The translations under genes and the position numbers were made by a program. This document shows positions 25,055 through 41,474 of a stretch of 64,000 nucleotides of DNA, one piece after another. The notes under the pieces were generated by a model, which searched no databases, was not told where the DNA came from, and was given only the letters and a program-made list of their open reading frames with translations. The first letter of the stretch is position 1, and the number at the start of each line of letters is the position of its first letter. Location: contig OZ024741.1 of the NCBI GenBank assembly GCA_964016885.1, positions 298,592,001 to 298,656,000 on the forward strand. Reading direction: 5' to 3'. Origin of the DNA: Eledone cirrhosa (lineage: Eukaryota).

Positions 25055-25945
25055 CAGGTGACCTCTAAAAATGATATCCTCATCCTCGGTTTGCCGATTC
25101 TCCCACCTTCTATTCGCTCTACTTTTAGGTCCAGGCTGCGCCAGCTAGAACATTTGATAAGCAGACCGAACCTGATCTACCCCCCCCCCCCCGCCGGTAC
25201 TCTTCTGTTAAGGAACTGCTTCACCGTGCCGAAGCTCCTATACATCTTCGGCAATTCCTCCTGTTACAGTCAAGTATCTCTCTTCACCAATCTTGACTCC
25301 TGCATCTGATGGACTGCATCTCTGCATCTGAAGATATGCAAAGTCCGGTTTGATGACGACGGATAATAACAGGCTACCTTACCGTCAGATACGGCGTCCT
25401 CGGTCTCCGGTCTCCATACGCATTGGCCCTGTCGGCTTTTCTTTCGTTGGTGACTTCTTGCCGACTATTCATCAACAGGGTTCTCCACAAAACAACTGAA
25501 CCTTCTGTGATAGGAGAACGCGAGGCGGCTTACACGACATGGAAACAGCTCAGCCACCAGCTTGCAGACGTCCATCCCTCTCGCCCGTCCGTAGACTTGC
25601 AGTTCCTCAAAAAGAAATGAGACGCCATCCAGTGCAACATGACCTCAGATAGGCTGGTGCACCTGTTCAACCAGCGCCGTCTGGCATGTTTTCGCTCGGC
25701 CTCACAACTCCACAGTGGTGCTCGGCTCAACGCACTACCATCACTTTTGACGGGCATTGAGCTGGACACCGAATGCTTGTACATTAGTATTTGCCTGAGG
25801 CTCGACCTCCGGATCTGTGAACCTCACAAATTCCGCCGCATTTCCACTGTGTTTTCGTTCGGTCTTCACGCTCTCTCTTGCTGTTATAGTGCCGGCCGCC
25901 TGGCACGCCTTGCTGCTCTCAATGAGAACATGAAGCACAGGCTTT
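25055..25945 (+). mobile_element. CRE-clade retrotransposon fragment (older copy)
   Basis: LLLRNCFTVPKLLY, RLACFRSASQLHSGARLNALPS, LRICEPHK; homologous to 9240-10095. Confidence 0.8.
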
Positions 25946-25984
25946 CCTTCCCATCTCGAGCGTTCAATATGTACCATTAGTTTC

Positions 25985-26774
25985 AACGGAGCTGATTTTG
26001 TTACCACCACTATATATTAAACTTGGAATCTTCAAAAAGTTTGTGAAGTCATTGGACCTCGAGAGGCAACCAATCAATTTGTTGATAGATATCTGTCCTC
26101 GATTAAGCGAAGTAAAGATTAGTGAAGGACTAGACACTCATAAATTGATGAAGAATTTGCTGTTCAGAGATTCATTGAATGAAGTTGAACATTGAGCCTG
26201 GCACGCCTTGCTGCTCTCAATGAGAACATGAAGCACAGGCTTCATGAAGAATTGATGAATGAAGAATTTGCTGTTCAGAGATTCATTGAATGAAGTTGAA
26301 CATTGAGCGCATTCTGTGTTAAAGACAGTTGAAAGCTTTCTAGGGAAGAACCTTTTTTAAAGGGTCACTTATGTTTATCCCCCTTGGATCTGTGATGAGC
26401 ATGGTGAAAGAGTTCATCAAGTGAAACAAAGTACCAAGAACGAGTCTATCCCCGCATGATAGCAGTCTTTTGGTAGCTTCACACTTCCTGAACTCCAAGC
26501 TACTGATCTTGACAATGAAATCAATGCTGTAACATTTTTGTGGTAAGTTTTTTCTAATTGTATATTGTTATTTTAACAGTGATTAATTATAGTTTTGTAC
26601 GAATTACATGCAATGTTTACAAGATTAGACAATTTTTCTGTATATGTGCGATATCTTGTAGATCAAAATATAGATGTGATAGAGCAAAACGGATGTTATA
26701 TTCAGAAAGAGCACCCTAAAATTAATTAATATCACATAAAGAAGTGTCTGCTAAAAATTTAGTGTCATGCAGTG
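25985..26774 (+). mobile_element. DNA transposon remnant, probably CMC-Chapaev3 (transposase C-terminus and 3' end)
   Basis: LPPLYIKLGIFKKFVKSL, PRLSEVKISEG, CDEHGERVHQ motifs; terminus ...GAGCACCCTAAAATT...CATGCAGTG. Superfamily assignment is from recall. Confidence 0.6.
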
Positions 26775-27110
26775 TAATATTGCAGTTTATGCAGTTTATA
26801 TTGAATTTTCTGTTAACATTTTTAGTAGACTATGAATATTTCCCATATTGAATTATTTTGCCATTGACTTCATTTATTGTATTCTTTACGTCGTAATTCT
26901 TTTATGACTTACAGTCAGCATATACATTAGTTACTCTAGTTCGAATGACTTTTAAATTATCCAAACACCTGCTTCAAAGAAATGAAAGGAAATATGTGGG
27001 AATGTTATAAATATAGTTGAAAGGACTCTCAAAATGGAAGTTCTAGAACGGTGTTGCCTTTTCTTTCTGTTACATTCTCTCCCCATCATCTCCCCCTTCT
27101 CTCTCTCTCA

Positions 27111-28080
<970 letters not shown>

Positions 28081-28099
28081 ATACACATATATATATTTA

Positions 28100-28149
<50 letters not shown>

Positions 28150-28151
<2 letters not shown>

Positions 28152-28437
28152 GGTATATAAACCTGTAGGTTGAGGAAGATAAACAGAGGGAAGACAGGAA
28201 CGCCTACAGAACTTGTTCCTGGCGTTGAGGGTTGTTCTACCCACGGGGTGTAAAACAACCCTGCAGTAATGTTCCCCCCTATTGGGGATTTCATTTTTTT
28301 TTTATTATATATAGTTTATTGTTATTTATTAATGTTAAAGTTATATGATTTTTATGTAAAACTCCCGCCGTCACGTCTTGTAATGTCCCATTCTGTTACG
28401 CCCCTGTGGCAAATAAAGAAAGATATCTATCTATCTA
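28150..28437 (+). mobile_element. Tx1-like 3' UTR fragment inserted in (TATC)n
   Basis: CCCCCCTATTGGGGA and CCCTGTGGCAAATAAAGAA resemble 45935-45950 and 46065-46085; flanked by (ATCT)n. Confidence 0.55.
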
Positions 28438-28884
28438 TTATTTATTTATTTCGCCGTAAAACAAATTTATATACTAGTATTAGTATATATTAAAAACAAA
28501 CAAAGAACCCCCATCCACACCAAAAAACAAAACAAAACAATACTTGCGTTTGGTGGTTTAAATCACATTAAAAAGGATCACCTAGAATTGTTATAGAACA
28601 AAATACAGAAATAACGAAATTGAATTTGCTGTATAAAGTGTATTGTAGAACTCATCTAGTATTTCTGGGTGCTTTTAGTAGTAGTGTATTCAGCATATTT
28701 ATTTTATGGATGATACATGAAGGAATTTCTTTTGACTGTCATATAGCTAACAATCGACGCGATCGGATGAAGACATTTGTACAGATTCGAAGTAAATTTA
28801 TAATCCCAAAATTCACCATCACCATATATTACTAAAACTGCTAGATGCAAATTGCAACATAAAGTAATTATTTACAAGCATTAT

Positions 28885-29072
28885 TGGATTGGCAGTATCG
28901 GTAGAGGGTCAGACGCCATGCTTTGACGGATAGAGTTACGGCTCTTGCCATTCTGAGTTCAAATCCCGCCGAGGTTAACTTTGCCTTTCATCCTTACGGG
29001 GTCGATAAAATAAAGTACCAGTAATGTACTGGAATAATTACTGACCTTGTGCCAAAAGTAGAAACAATTATT
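28885..29072 (+). mobile_element. tRNA-derived SINE
   Basis: TGGCAGTATCGG A box, GAGTTCAAATCCC B box, conserved body and tail. Confidence 0.85.
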
Positions 29073-29639
29073 ATCAAACCATAATTTGAGAGAATAATTT
29101 ATGTGTCTGTATCAACATTTTTATTACAATTCTCTTGAAACCTTGGCTTATATATTTAATTATATATCTAGAAATTTATTGTTATTTAATACAGATATAC
29201 ACGAATATATATATATATACACTACTCCATTTCTTTCCTCTCTCCCTCCCACCGTTACCTTCTTCCTTCCTCTCACAACGCCACTATTCAATTGGACGCA
29301 CTCCATCTTTCTCTCTCTCTCTAACCTGTCCCAACACAAACATTATATGAACGAAGATATTTATTTCTCCGTTTACCAGCCTCCTTTCTTCGCAGTAATC
29401 ACATCAATTCGTCGAAACTGCAGGAGTTTGAGAACTGAAGAGCATATTTTAACATTTGTAACATGTTCTCATTCATCCATTCTATTTCCTCCATCCTATC
29501 TTCTCTTATTTCCTTCGAGTCAACTCACATCGAATCGCTGATCTCTGTCCTTCGAGGTAATATTTTATCCAACGCCGCTTCGATAGTATTTTGCTGTTTT
29601 AACAGCTTCCATATGACGAGTTTTTCCATTTCCCTGAGA

Positions 29640-29699
<60 letters not shown>

Positions 29700-29759
29700 C
29701 GTTTCTGAATTTGTTTAGCAAGATTCTTTATCTGAAAACGTGTGTTGAAACCGATATTG

Positions 29760-30658
<899 letters not shown>

Positions 30659-30944
30659 TTGCAATAGGTAGGTAAAACATATTCTAGGTATAGAGCAACT
30701 CAAGTCGGTAGGGCGAATATGAATATTATTATCAAAGTATCAAAGCCAATTATTACAACGGCGCCATACCAGGTACGTATTTTTCGTTAGCTTTGAGGAC
30801 CAACTTGTTCAACTTGTGCCGATGAAAATGAACCGTATGTATGTGCATTGTATATGTGTGTTGTATGTATGTATGTATGTATGTATGTATGTATGTATGT
30901 ATGTATGTATGTATGTATGCATGTATGTATGTATGTATGTATGT

Positions 30945-33480
30945 ATGTTCTTCTGGTTTTATAATTTCACAAATTTTTGCCAATAGAGAGAGAGTCTGTT
31001 TCTAACATAGTTACAAGACTCTCTCATTGGAATTTACACATCAACTAGGTAGATATGTATGCATGTCTGCATGCATGCATGTGTGTGCAGGTATGGATGT
31101 TATTGTATGTGTGGATGTGTATGTTTTGAGTTGTATGTGTGCATGTGCATATGATTTGTATCTGTACATGTGTATATGCAGTTATTAGATGCAACATTTT
31201 TGGAATGTTTTACGTAATTTTACTGTTCCATTAATGGATTGTACTTGTAATTTCCTAACTAGTTGTGTTCTTTCTGTTTCTGTGAAGTCCAGCTTCTCAA
31301 AATTTGTATTGAGGCAGTTACTAATATATCCCCTTGCCCCAATAATCACAGGCATACATCTGAAGGTATAGTCAGGGTGGAGTATCTGCAGCTTTCTCAT
31401 TAGTTCTGCATAAATATTCTCCTTTTCGCTAATCTTTGAAATTATATTGGCATCTGCTGGGCAGCTAAATTCCACTACTGTGCATGCCTTCTTTTCCCTG
31501 TCCCATATCATTATATCTGGTCTGTTATGCCTGCATTTTATTGGGGTTTTTACTGGAACATTCCACCAGTACTCTTTCATATTATGTATATGTATGTCTT
31601 CCACATTGCTGTAGCTTTTAATGTGTTTATTATCGGAGCTATCTTTTCTACGGATTGCATTGTACAGTGTTTTGGCCACTACATCATGCCTCATAGGTAG
31701 ATAGTACCGCGATGACATCTTTGGACAGCTGCTTATGACATGGGTGATATCTTCGATGTTAATTCTGCAGAGTCTGCACTTATCACATCTATGTATTTTG
31801 GTTGCATCCCTATCGCTTTTGTGAATCAGGTATTTCGTGTTGATTACCTGTTCTTGGATTGCAAAAGCGTATCATTCAAAGTGGGAGCCAATATAGCGGT
31901 CGTTGGTCCAAGATAGACTAATTGTTTATCTATATTACTCTCACTCTGGAGCTTCCTAGCAACATATCTATGCATGATGTTTTGCTGATAAGCATGCAGT
32001 TTTTCATCCATGGATTCACTGCGATACTGCTGAGAAACTGCCCCGACTATGATGTTTTGATTATCACACAGGGAATATCTTTCAAGGAGTTCCTTCCCAA
32101 CACTCATGATTTTATCTGTCTCGTGCAGATAGACTTGCTTGAGAGATGGGTTCCTACGCTTCGAGGTTCGTAGATGTTGTTGGAGGGATATGATGCGACA
32201 TTCAAATGCAGTCTGTACTTATGTTAGGCCTCTGCCTCCCTGCTTACGTTTCCAGTAAAGGTGGTCTATATCACTGTTGATGTGGAAGTTTCCGGTGTTG
32301 TTAAGTATTTTTTGAGTTCTAACATCAATTCCTCAGATTTCGTCTATCGTTCAATTGAGTATTCCATACGTTGGTGTTAGGACAGGCACAACAAACACAT
32401 TGTGCGCAGAGTTCCGATGACCATATTTTTCTTAATCTGGTTACGCGTTCCTTATTACAGATATCATTATAGGATATGTTCTCATCTATCCCCAGGTATC
32501 TGTAGCAGTCGTCATCAGATATCGGTGAAGCAGTTAGGCCATTGATGACAATGTTGCTAGATTGGGTTGTTGTTTTCCCCCGCTTTACAGTCATACATGA
32601 ACATTTATCTTGACCAAACTACATTCCTATATCCTTTGGGAATGTTATAACCAGGTCAAGATTTTTCTTCATCCCATCTATGTTCTTGGCATAGAGTTTC
32701 AGATGCTCCACAAAGAAATTATGGGTTAGGTTCATATTTCTGTCCTCCTGTGAGCCACTGATGTATCCTTCACATTTCTTGAGCAGAAAGGACAAGGGGT
32801 TTAATGACAGGATAAATAATATCACAGAGAGACTGTCTCTTTGAAATATACCCCTGTGATATTCTATTTTATCAGTAAAAACAGAGTCCCCTTCTCTGTC
32901 TTTAACTTTAGGATAGTAGCCCAAGACAAAGACAACTTCTCTATGGCTCTGATAATAATGTCTGGGATTCTTATCATCTAAGTCGGAGGGCCTCTATCAT
33001 CCAAGAGTTGGGAACAGAATCGAAACCTTTCCTGTAGCTATATTCCTACTAGGTTGTCACACCCCCGACATCGCAGTTTTGTAGATTAGGAGTTGTTCAA
33101 CACACTCCCAAAACCCTTTCTTTCCAGCTGCTTGTTCATCTGTGATGATGTTTTCACAGTGATCTTGGAGGAATAGATTCAGGTAGGCTGTATACACCTT
33201 ATATATCAGGTTCTGGCATGCAATGGGTCGGTAGTTTTTTGCCAAGTGGGTATTTTTGTTCTTGGGGACCAGTATTGTTTATGCTAATGTCAACCATTCT
33301 GGTATAAGTGTATCTCCCTTGAAAACTTGTTGGTAGAGGTCGGTAAGATACCTCCGATAGAATATCATTTTTTGGAAACCAGTAGCCGACAATCATGTCT
33401 CTTCCTGGTGTTTTCTTATCTTGGAGTTTTCCTATCACAGTCTGAAGGGTATCCTTACTTATTTCATGTGTTTTTGTTGT
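30945..33480 (-). mobile_element. R4/Dong-clade non-LTR retrotransposon (RT, CCHC, RLE), degenerate, (CATA)n at 3' end
   Basis: NYRPIACQNLIYK, RGIFQRDSLSVILFIL, YRYLGIDE, RHDVVAK, HNRPDIMIWD, VEFSCP, KENIYAEL, PVIIGARG in successive minus-strand ORFs. Confidence 0.85.
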
Positions 33481-33527
33481 AGTGTAGGGGGAATGTTTGT
33501 ATATATGTAAGCATGTATATATGTTAT

Positions 33528-33719
33528 GTTGGGTCACTCTTGAGTGCTACTGGTAACATGTAACCCAGTACAACCTGTCGCATAGTCGGGTCGTCAGTGA
33601 CTAAACCGGCAAGCCCACCAAGTTTACTTGGTGAGGAGGGTGATTTTGGACACCAAGCGGGAGAAAAAACAACCTGACAAAGAGCGGAAGAACTCATAAG
33701 AGTCAACGGCCATCCAAAA

Positions 33720-33782
<63 letters not shown>

Positions 33783-34170
33783 TATATATATGTATACATG
33801 TGTATGTATATGCGCGGGGAAATAGAAATAATAGTGCTGGATACCCGATCACGCGGTTAAACCACTTGGGGTGAAGGACCTCCTAGCCTTTGTCAGGGCA
33901 TTCTTCTAGGAGAAGGCAACTCAGGAAACTGGGATAACTCCGACATAAAACCTGCGGCTCACTAGTTACCGATGATGTTGATCTTTTCTTCTTTTCGGGT
34001 TATAGCTACTGTTTCTCAGAGAGTGGCGTTGGCTCGGTGCACAGTCTTTCCTCACTTTAAAAAATATCTTCACACACAAGCATTGCAATATAGCATTAAT
34101 TGATAATTATTAATAATGTTATATCGTGCAATGGCCATACTTGATAACGAGGGAGCAGCCATCATGTATG
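33528..34170 (+). mobile_element. Diverged relative of the 610-bp retroposon, interrupted by (TA)n
   Basis: GTGCTACTGGTAACATGTA.CCCAGTACAACCTGTC, CTTGGTGAGGAGGGTGATTTTGGACA, TTCTAGGAGAAGGCAACTC, GCAGCCATCATG(TATG)n. Confidence 0.7.
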
Positions 34171-34201
<31 letters not shown>

Positions 34202-35561
34202 GCACAGATATGGCTGCAGTCTACTGACTGAAAAACCTGTTGGAATACACACACACACACACACACATACTCTCTTTCTCTCTCCCCCCCCCCCCCCACA
34301 TATATATATATTACTCAAAATATTAACAAATGAAGATATTCACATAATCAAAATATAAGCTTTATTATATATATTTCGAAGGTAGTGTGTTGTTTTTCAG
34401 TACGTCCTCGTCAGATAAAATATATGATTTGATATACGACATACCTCTACAGTCTTGATATTTCAATTCCAGTATTCCAGTATATTTATATATATGTGTG
34501 TGTGAGTGTAAATGAAGGATAACACTGAATAAATTCACGTACATTAAGCATTTCTTTGTGTAGGTGTTTTTGTTTGGGGCTCTGCTAGAGTCAGCAGCAG
34601 TACACACAACACTGTGTTACTATCCTCTTCCGAAAAAAAAAAATGAGACCAAATAATTACAATATTTACACAAACCAAAGTCGAAACACAAACTTAAGTT
34701 GAAAGAACCGCTATTTACTTACGATTATAACCGCTATAATATTTGCTAAATTCTCTTACAATCTTGCTTTTATCATTTCCTCTTCCAGCAATCTATATAG
34801 TTTACGCATGAATTTTACATTCCGAATTCTCCCTCAAAGCACACAGTGGTCCCCACCTTTATCGATTTTAAACTCCGCTACTATCGACATATCTGTATGT
34901 TCGAAAGTCACTCTCCTGAAAAGGACACGTCACTCTTAACATACATTTACGATTGAAATACCAAGAATAAAAACTATAATCTAAAACAGAAGATTATTTA
35001 TGAAACAAAATCATACTCCGACATTAAAAGTTCCTTTAATCTCTGCAAAATCGAAAGCCTAGAAATCGTTTTTCTAATATTTCTACCCTCAAAAACACGT
35101 TTTAAGTGATGTTCCTTTACCAACATAATGTGTTATATTCATGGTGTTTAGCTATTAAAACATCTTTACATGATATAATCATTTATATTTCATATTTACT
35201 GAAAGATATAATAATTTTGTAATTTCTGTGACGTAGCGTGTGGCATAAACATATTTATATACAGAAGAGTACTATACTTTGCCTAATTAATTCCGATATG
35301 TACTTAGCGCTTTAATCTATATTACATATTCACATATTATATATATGAGGAAATAGGTTCGATAACACTATTACAATCACGTGCATATCTGTTTGTAGTA
35401 TTTTTCCCACAATTCCATATTTGTAATTGCTCAATGGGTTTTGTTATTTCTTCAACAAATTTGACTACCTTTTGTGGTTTAGGAATTCCCATAAAATTGC
35501 TCATATAACACTTTCTTGTTTCTAGCTTGCTTCGATATTTATAGGAGATTATAGTAGTCCT

Positions 35562-35700
35562 AGGCGGCGAATTAGCAGAGTCGTTAAAACGTCGGATAGA
35601 ATGCTTTGCGGTATTAGGTTCGAAATCCAGCCGAGGTCAAGTTTATCTTTCATCCATTCATGGTCGATAAAAAAGTATCAGTTTAATACAGGAGTCGATT
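35562..35700 (+). mobile_element. tRNA-derived SINE (diverged)
   Basis: GGCGGCGAATTAGCAGAG head, GGTTCGAAATCC B box, TTTCATCCATTCATGGTCGATAAAA body. Confidence 0.7.
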
Positions 35701-37109
35701 CTTACTTTATATCTCTTTCTAATTTTCCTTTCGCTCACTCTCTATCCTTCTCTGGAAGAAATCTTCTGTACTCAGACCTGGAGAGGAGATGGGCTCTGCT
35801 CGGTTTAAAAATGCCCTAGAAATACCGCATGTCAATTCCTCTTTAATTCTATCTCTATCCGAATCTTCTGCATAACAAGTAGTAATCTCTCCTTTCATTT
35901 CTTTAATTTTTAACATAACTTATTCATCCCTAACTGAGAGACGCTTGCGATATCTGAACCTCGATATGTTCTAACTAATAACTGCGACGTTTTACATGTC
36001 TGATTTATCAAAATAGGAACTGATTACGATATTTCTTATTTAGAGGTATCCGAATATATTTATGAGTATCCTTAGTTTTAAAGAAAGTACATATAGGATA
36101 AGACAGCCCACTGCACAAAAGCTAATCAATCTTACATAATTTTCATTAGTATTTCCAAGTCAATGTATATCAATCGTTTGTTACATATTTTCGGAGCTAG
36201 TCCTAGGTTTTACATTTAGATCATCAATCATAATTTTCATATCACTTGCGGACATTCATCATTTCCCTTTTGTAATAATTAGTAGAAAGAATTTTCCACT
36301 TCCTCGGTTGCATTATTTATATGTACATAACAAACAATATTACTGATGTTGCATTGTTTAGCTTTAGCGTTTCACTAGAATCATTCTGACATCCTCTAAA
36401 CGTTTTCGATTCGATAATTTACCTGGAGATTTTCAAATACTGAATGATGATTAACTCATCATTCTTCATATTACATTCTCTTCAATCGATAAAAAATGTA
36501 TAGCGGTCCGGTGTAATAATAATACAACGCTCCAAGTCTAATTTCAATTCTAACTGACATCAAAGATTCGTCCTCTGCATTAGCCCGAAACTAACACCAA
36601 GCTGCAATTTTCGAATATTGAATGCTCCAATGTGTGTTTAAATAATTATTATTTAAAAATCAGGAGTTACTTGTTTAACTGCAACTAGGAGCCATTACTT
36701 ATTTCATAGCTTTCCTTATATTATATATCTGTGGAGAATTCCTAGAATATATACCACAGCGATCAAGCCAAGGACACTTTAAAAGTAGTTTGCAGATTTA
36801 GGTATAAGTCTCTATTCACAATATACATTTGATTATACCACCAAACAAATTGTATATCGCATATCGCCCTGGACATCATTAACATTATCAAGCTGCTTGC
36901 AGTGTTTTCGTGTCTCGTTTAGCCACCCAGTCAATACCGTTATCAGTTATGCCAAATGAAGGTAAATATAAGGAACAAGTTAAATGCGTAAATAAAGCCT
37001 GGTTAACCTGTCTTAACATTAGAGTGATTGTAAGGCATGGAGACGCGCTATCAGTCCAAGCAACTATTACACCCCATACATACACATATATAATATATTT
37101 ATATGTTAA

Positions 37110-37885
37110 TAATGAAATAGAGCACTGGACAACGGGAATGTCACCAAACCCTTACAACCTTTTCTAATCGGGCCATACATTAGAATTTAGTTTTGGCGTT
37201 CTATCGAGGATTATGGTGGACAAACGCATTGATGCTCTCAAGGAAACTCTTGGCACTGACAAAATCAACTGGCTAGTCTATTTCTGAGGACTTTCAGTTC
37301 AAGGCCCATGGATAATTTCTAGAATTCAATAGTCTGGGAATACTACCGTCTTGTGTGCCTGTTGATTGCTGACTTGGGGAGTGATGTCAAACAGCTGCTA
37401 CTACATGTATGACGGATTTGACCGGGAAGGTCAAGCCGTTATTTATCTATCTGGTGGTCATGGCGAAAGGAATTGTGTTGTGAACGAAGTTGAAATGACT
37501 GGAGAGGGACACTTTTCTGTTTGACCATACCCTCATCCACTTTTGCAAGGTACACCTGAGAAAGAAATTAAGGATGGGAAGGAAAGTGCTGCCTCCCAGT
37601 AAATGTTTTGAAAAGAGGATGAAATTGGCGAGCATGCTCCAAGTGAACAGGCATTTTCTGACAATCGTGAAAAGGTACGTGCCATAATGATCTGGATGAC
37701 CATTTCGTTTTCTGGGGTTTTCCAAGAGTAGCCTTGCCCCTTTTGGTGAATTTACTTCGTTTGAATTTTATTGTTTTCCTTTTTAATCTTGTTTTTGTTA
37801 TTTTTTACACGTTTACATAAGCACACACAGTATGGTATTGTGACATCCTTAATGTGATTTGTTGGAAACTGTTAATGAAGAAATC
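37110..37885 (+). mobile_element. Tx1 ORF2 3' end and UTR, old degenerate copy
   Basis: Homologous to 45170-45360 and 45580-45900 (CTATCGAGGATT, ATGGATAATTTC, TGGTCATGGCGAAAG, GAAAGGAAAGTGCT-like segment). Confidence 0.7.
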
Positions 37886-37908
37886 ATCTTCCTCCTCCTA
37901 ATTCTCCT

Positions 37909-37996
<88 letters not shown>

Positions 37997-38023
37997 CTAG
38001 TAGTAGTCTAGTAGTAGTAGTAA

Positions 38024-38060
<37 letters not shown>

Positions 38061-38093
38061 CTAGTAGTAGTCTACTACTAGTAGTAGTAGTAA

Positions 38094-38157
<64 letters not shown>

Positions 38158-38165
38158 CTAGTAGT
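37909..38165. repeat. (CTA)n switching to (TAG)n: self-complementary trinucleotide array
   Basis: Strand switch at ACTACTAGTAGT near 37966. Confidence 0.9.
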
Positions 38166-40030
38166 CGCAACAGTAGTAGTATTAGTAATATTGATGTTGG
38201 TTTTGTTGTCATTATTGTTATACTTTAAGCAATCCATGCATAAGACTATCATGAAAATGCTTTTGAAAAAGTGAAAACACAGAATATGTCATTTACCTTC
38301 CATAGAAATATAAGGCTTTTTCAGTAGTTGGTGTCACTTACAAAATACTTATTGATTCATATTGGTTAAAATCAATAATCATTGCGTAAGCCACTGTAGA
38401 TTCCCATGTAAATGACGTATTTCGCTCGATAGGACATATGGCACAATGGGGACTTCCTACTATTGAAACCGTTATACATACACATAGTATGTCAACTATA
38501 TTTTACAGACAGAAGTTATACAATGATGAAAATATAAAAAAAAATATAAAAATAAAATTAATGACGAAAAGGAGGAAGGGGTAAAGAAGGGCTTTATAGG
38601 AAAGTAAAGGAAAGGACTATAAATGTCATAAAGGAGAAGAAAGGGAAGTAAAGAGTGAGGACTGTTAAGCAACGGAAGACAGAGAGAGGGAGAGGGTGAG
38701 AGTCTCTACGCTTACGTCGGTGTTTTAGCTATTGAAGCCGATGTGACTTTATATAGGTTTTTCTTAAATGCTATGATAGGATGAATTGATGAATTGATAA
38801 GCTACTGAACGATTTTCCATAATTCAATTTACTTGTATCAATACAATAAACAACATCTTAGTTGTGGGGGAAACTTAAGGCCTTTTCTTTATTATCATGT
38901 CTATTGCAACTCGTTAAATACGAAGAAGCAGCGGTTCAACAAAAATCCTCTATTTTATTCTTACTAAAACGAACATCGACCTTATCAAACGATCTTTTGA
39001 AAAACAGGAAGATGACATTCACAGCTGTGACATATCCTGTCATGTAATTATATAATTGTGATTCAAGTTCACCTTAACCAGAATTTATTACTGAAAACGT
39101 CCATCATCAAATTAATTCCAACTCATTTCATTTTTGCTTTTTATTAGGATCGCGTGTCCATAGAAAATTAATGGAAGTGATTGGAAATCGAATATTTTCT
39201 GTAATTTTAGCCTCATCCCACGTTACATTCTTTTTTCTTTTATTGTTTGTTTGTGGCTTACTTTCATTTTCTTTTCTCCTTTCTTGTGTAATGTGGATTT
39301 TTAACATCTAAACTCCATAGATTTACGGCCTTTTAATCCTGTCAAAACAATTCGTCACTCTCAAATCCTTTTCTTCGAATTTGCAATAGCTGTGCAATTT
39401 CTGTAGTTGACATATAAACACCTTTATAGTTTTCCTAATAGAAGAAAAACATATATAATTAGGAAAGCCAAAAAAAACAAAAAAAACCTAAAACCCCAAA
39501 CAACAAAAAAAGAAAAGAAAACCGAGGAAGTAGAGGGGGATGTAGGCATTGAAAGAAACGGTAAGTGAACTCGACAATTAACACCAAACCTAAACCTTAC
39601 TTTCACACCACCGTATATTGCAAAGATGTTCGCCATGACACCGAAGATCTTCATCAAATATGTTCTATACAGAAAAGCCAACCAAAACCAATGGCATTAT
39701 CGCAGAAATATATTTGGCGTTACCTTGGTTTCCAGATGAAAATTCCGAATAATTTTCCTCTTCAAAATCATGTTTTGATTAACTTATTTGTGCTGAAGGC
39801 ACAAGATCTGAATAGCTATTTTTTAAATAAAACAAAACACAACACACATATAAAGCAAGCATAAAAAAATAAAACCTAAAAACAAATAAAGCAAACGTAA
39901 AAATATGCCATTTTGTTCCATCTATTATCGTTTCACTCTCTCGAATAGATTGATAACAAATCATTTTTAAAGCAAACCGGTCACGCTCTGGTTTGCAGGC
40001 TTTTCGTTTCTCTGTTTCTCTTTCTCTAAG

Positions 40031-40226
<196 letters not shown>

Positions 40227-40387
40227 CACATATATATATACATATATATAAATAAATATATATACACATATATATATATATATACATATATATACATACA
40301 TATATATATATATATATATGCACAAACACGCACACACGCACGCACACACGCACACATATATATATATATAAATGTATATATCTATCA

Positions 40388-40418
<31 letters not shown>

Positions 40419-40475
40419 CATATACATATGTTTATAGACACACATACACACGGTATATATGCACACACATATCTA

Positions 40476-40516
<41 letters not shown>

Positions 40517-40926
40517 TTATATATGTTTGTGTGTGTTCATTATTATGCACATATGTATGTTTGCGTGTGGTCTTTATAAACTCTTCTGCGACCACTTTGC
40601 GGCAATCCACACAATATGTGAGAATCTTCTTCAGTCACTCCCCATCTTTACTCCTCATGCAACTCATTGTATTTTGCATAATTGCATTTCATTATGCTTC
40701 CCTTGCTTTGTTTTTCATTGATAAATCATTTCCATTTTCAATTGTCTCGAAAGAACTCTGTCTCACAATTGTCATTACTTGGCAGAAAGACACTTTATTT
40801 TAGAAAGTTTGATGTTCATGTTACTGTTGGTACAGCTGTTGTGCTTGTGTTAGCGCTGTAGGTTATCGTTGTTTTTGTTGAGTATCATGATTATTTAAGT
40901 TTATTTAGTTTTATCTGTTGTTTACC

Positions 40927-40981
<55 letters not shown>

Positions 40982-41474
40982 GGTGACCTACGTAGGAAAT
41001 CGTATCATCGTGAGCTCCGCAAAGGTTTGTTATTTTCAGTTGTTTAAAATTGCCATTCATGGAAATTTTTTATTGTTAACTGTATATAAGTGCACATACA
41101 TTGATTTCTGAAAAGGACACTCAAAAATATTTGGGCCTTGAGCCCAAAATTTAAACTTTTTATAATTATCAAACAAAAATCTTTCTTTGAAAAATAAGGG
41201 ATGACTCAGAGTCACTCCTTCCTCACAATCCAACACCTCACACCGACACCACCATTGTAAATATTGCTACGTTTGCCAACACTGGAATAGTAAGCAGTAG
41301 CAATATTTTTAATTTGTCTCAGGCAGACGTTCATTTCCCGCCATTACCAATGACTGCAGGTGTTAAAGCCGCCACCACCACCACCACCACCACCATCGCG
41401 ACCACCCCCACCCCCACCACCACCACAGCGACAACAGAAACAAAAGAAAAAATGAATTAACTCGTGATATCGAA

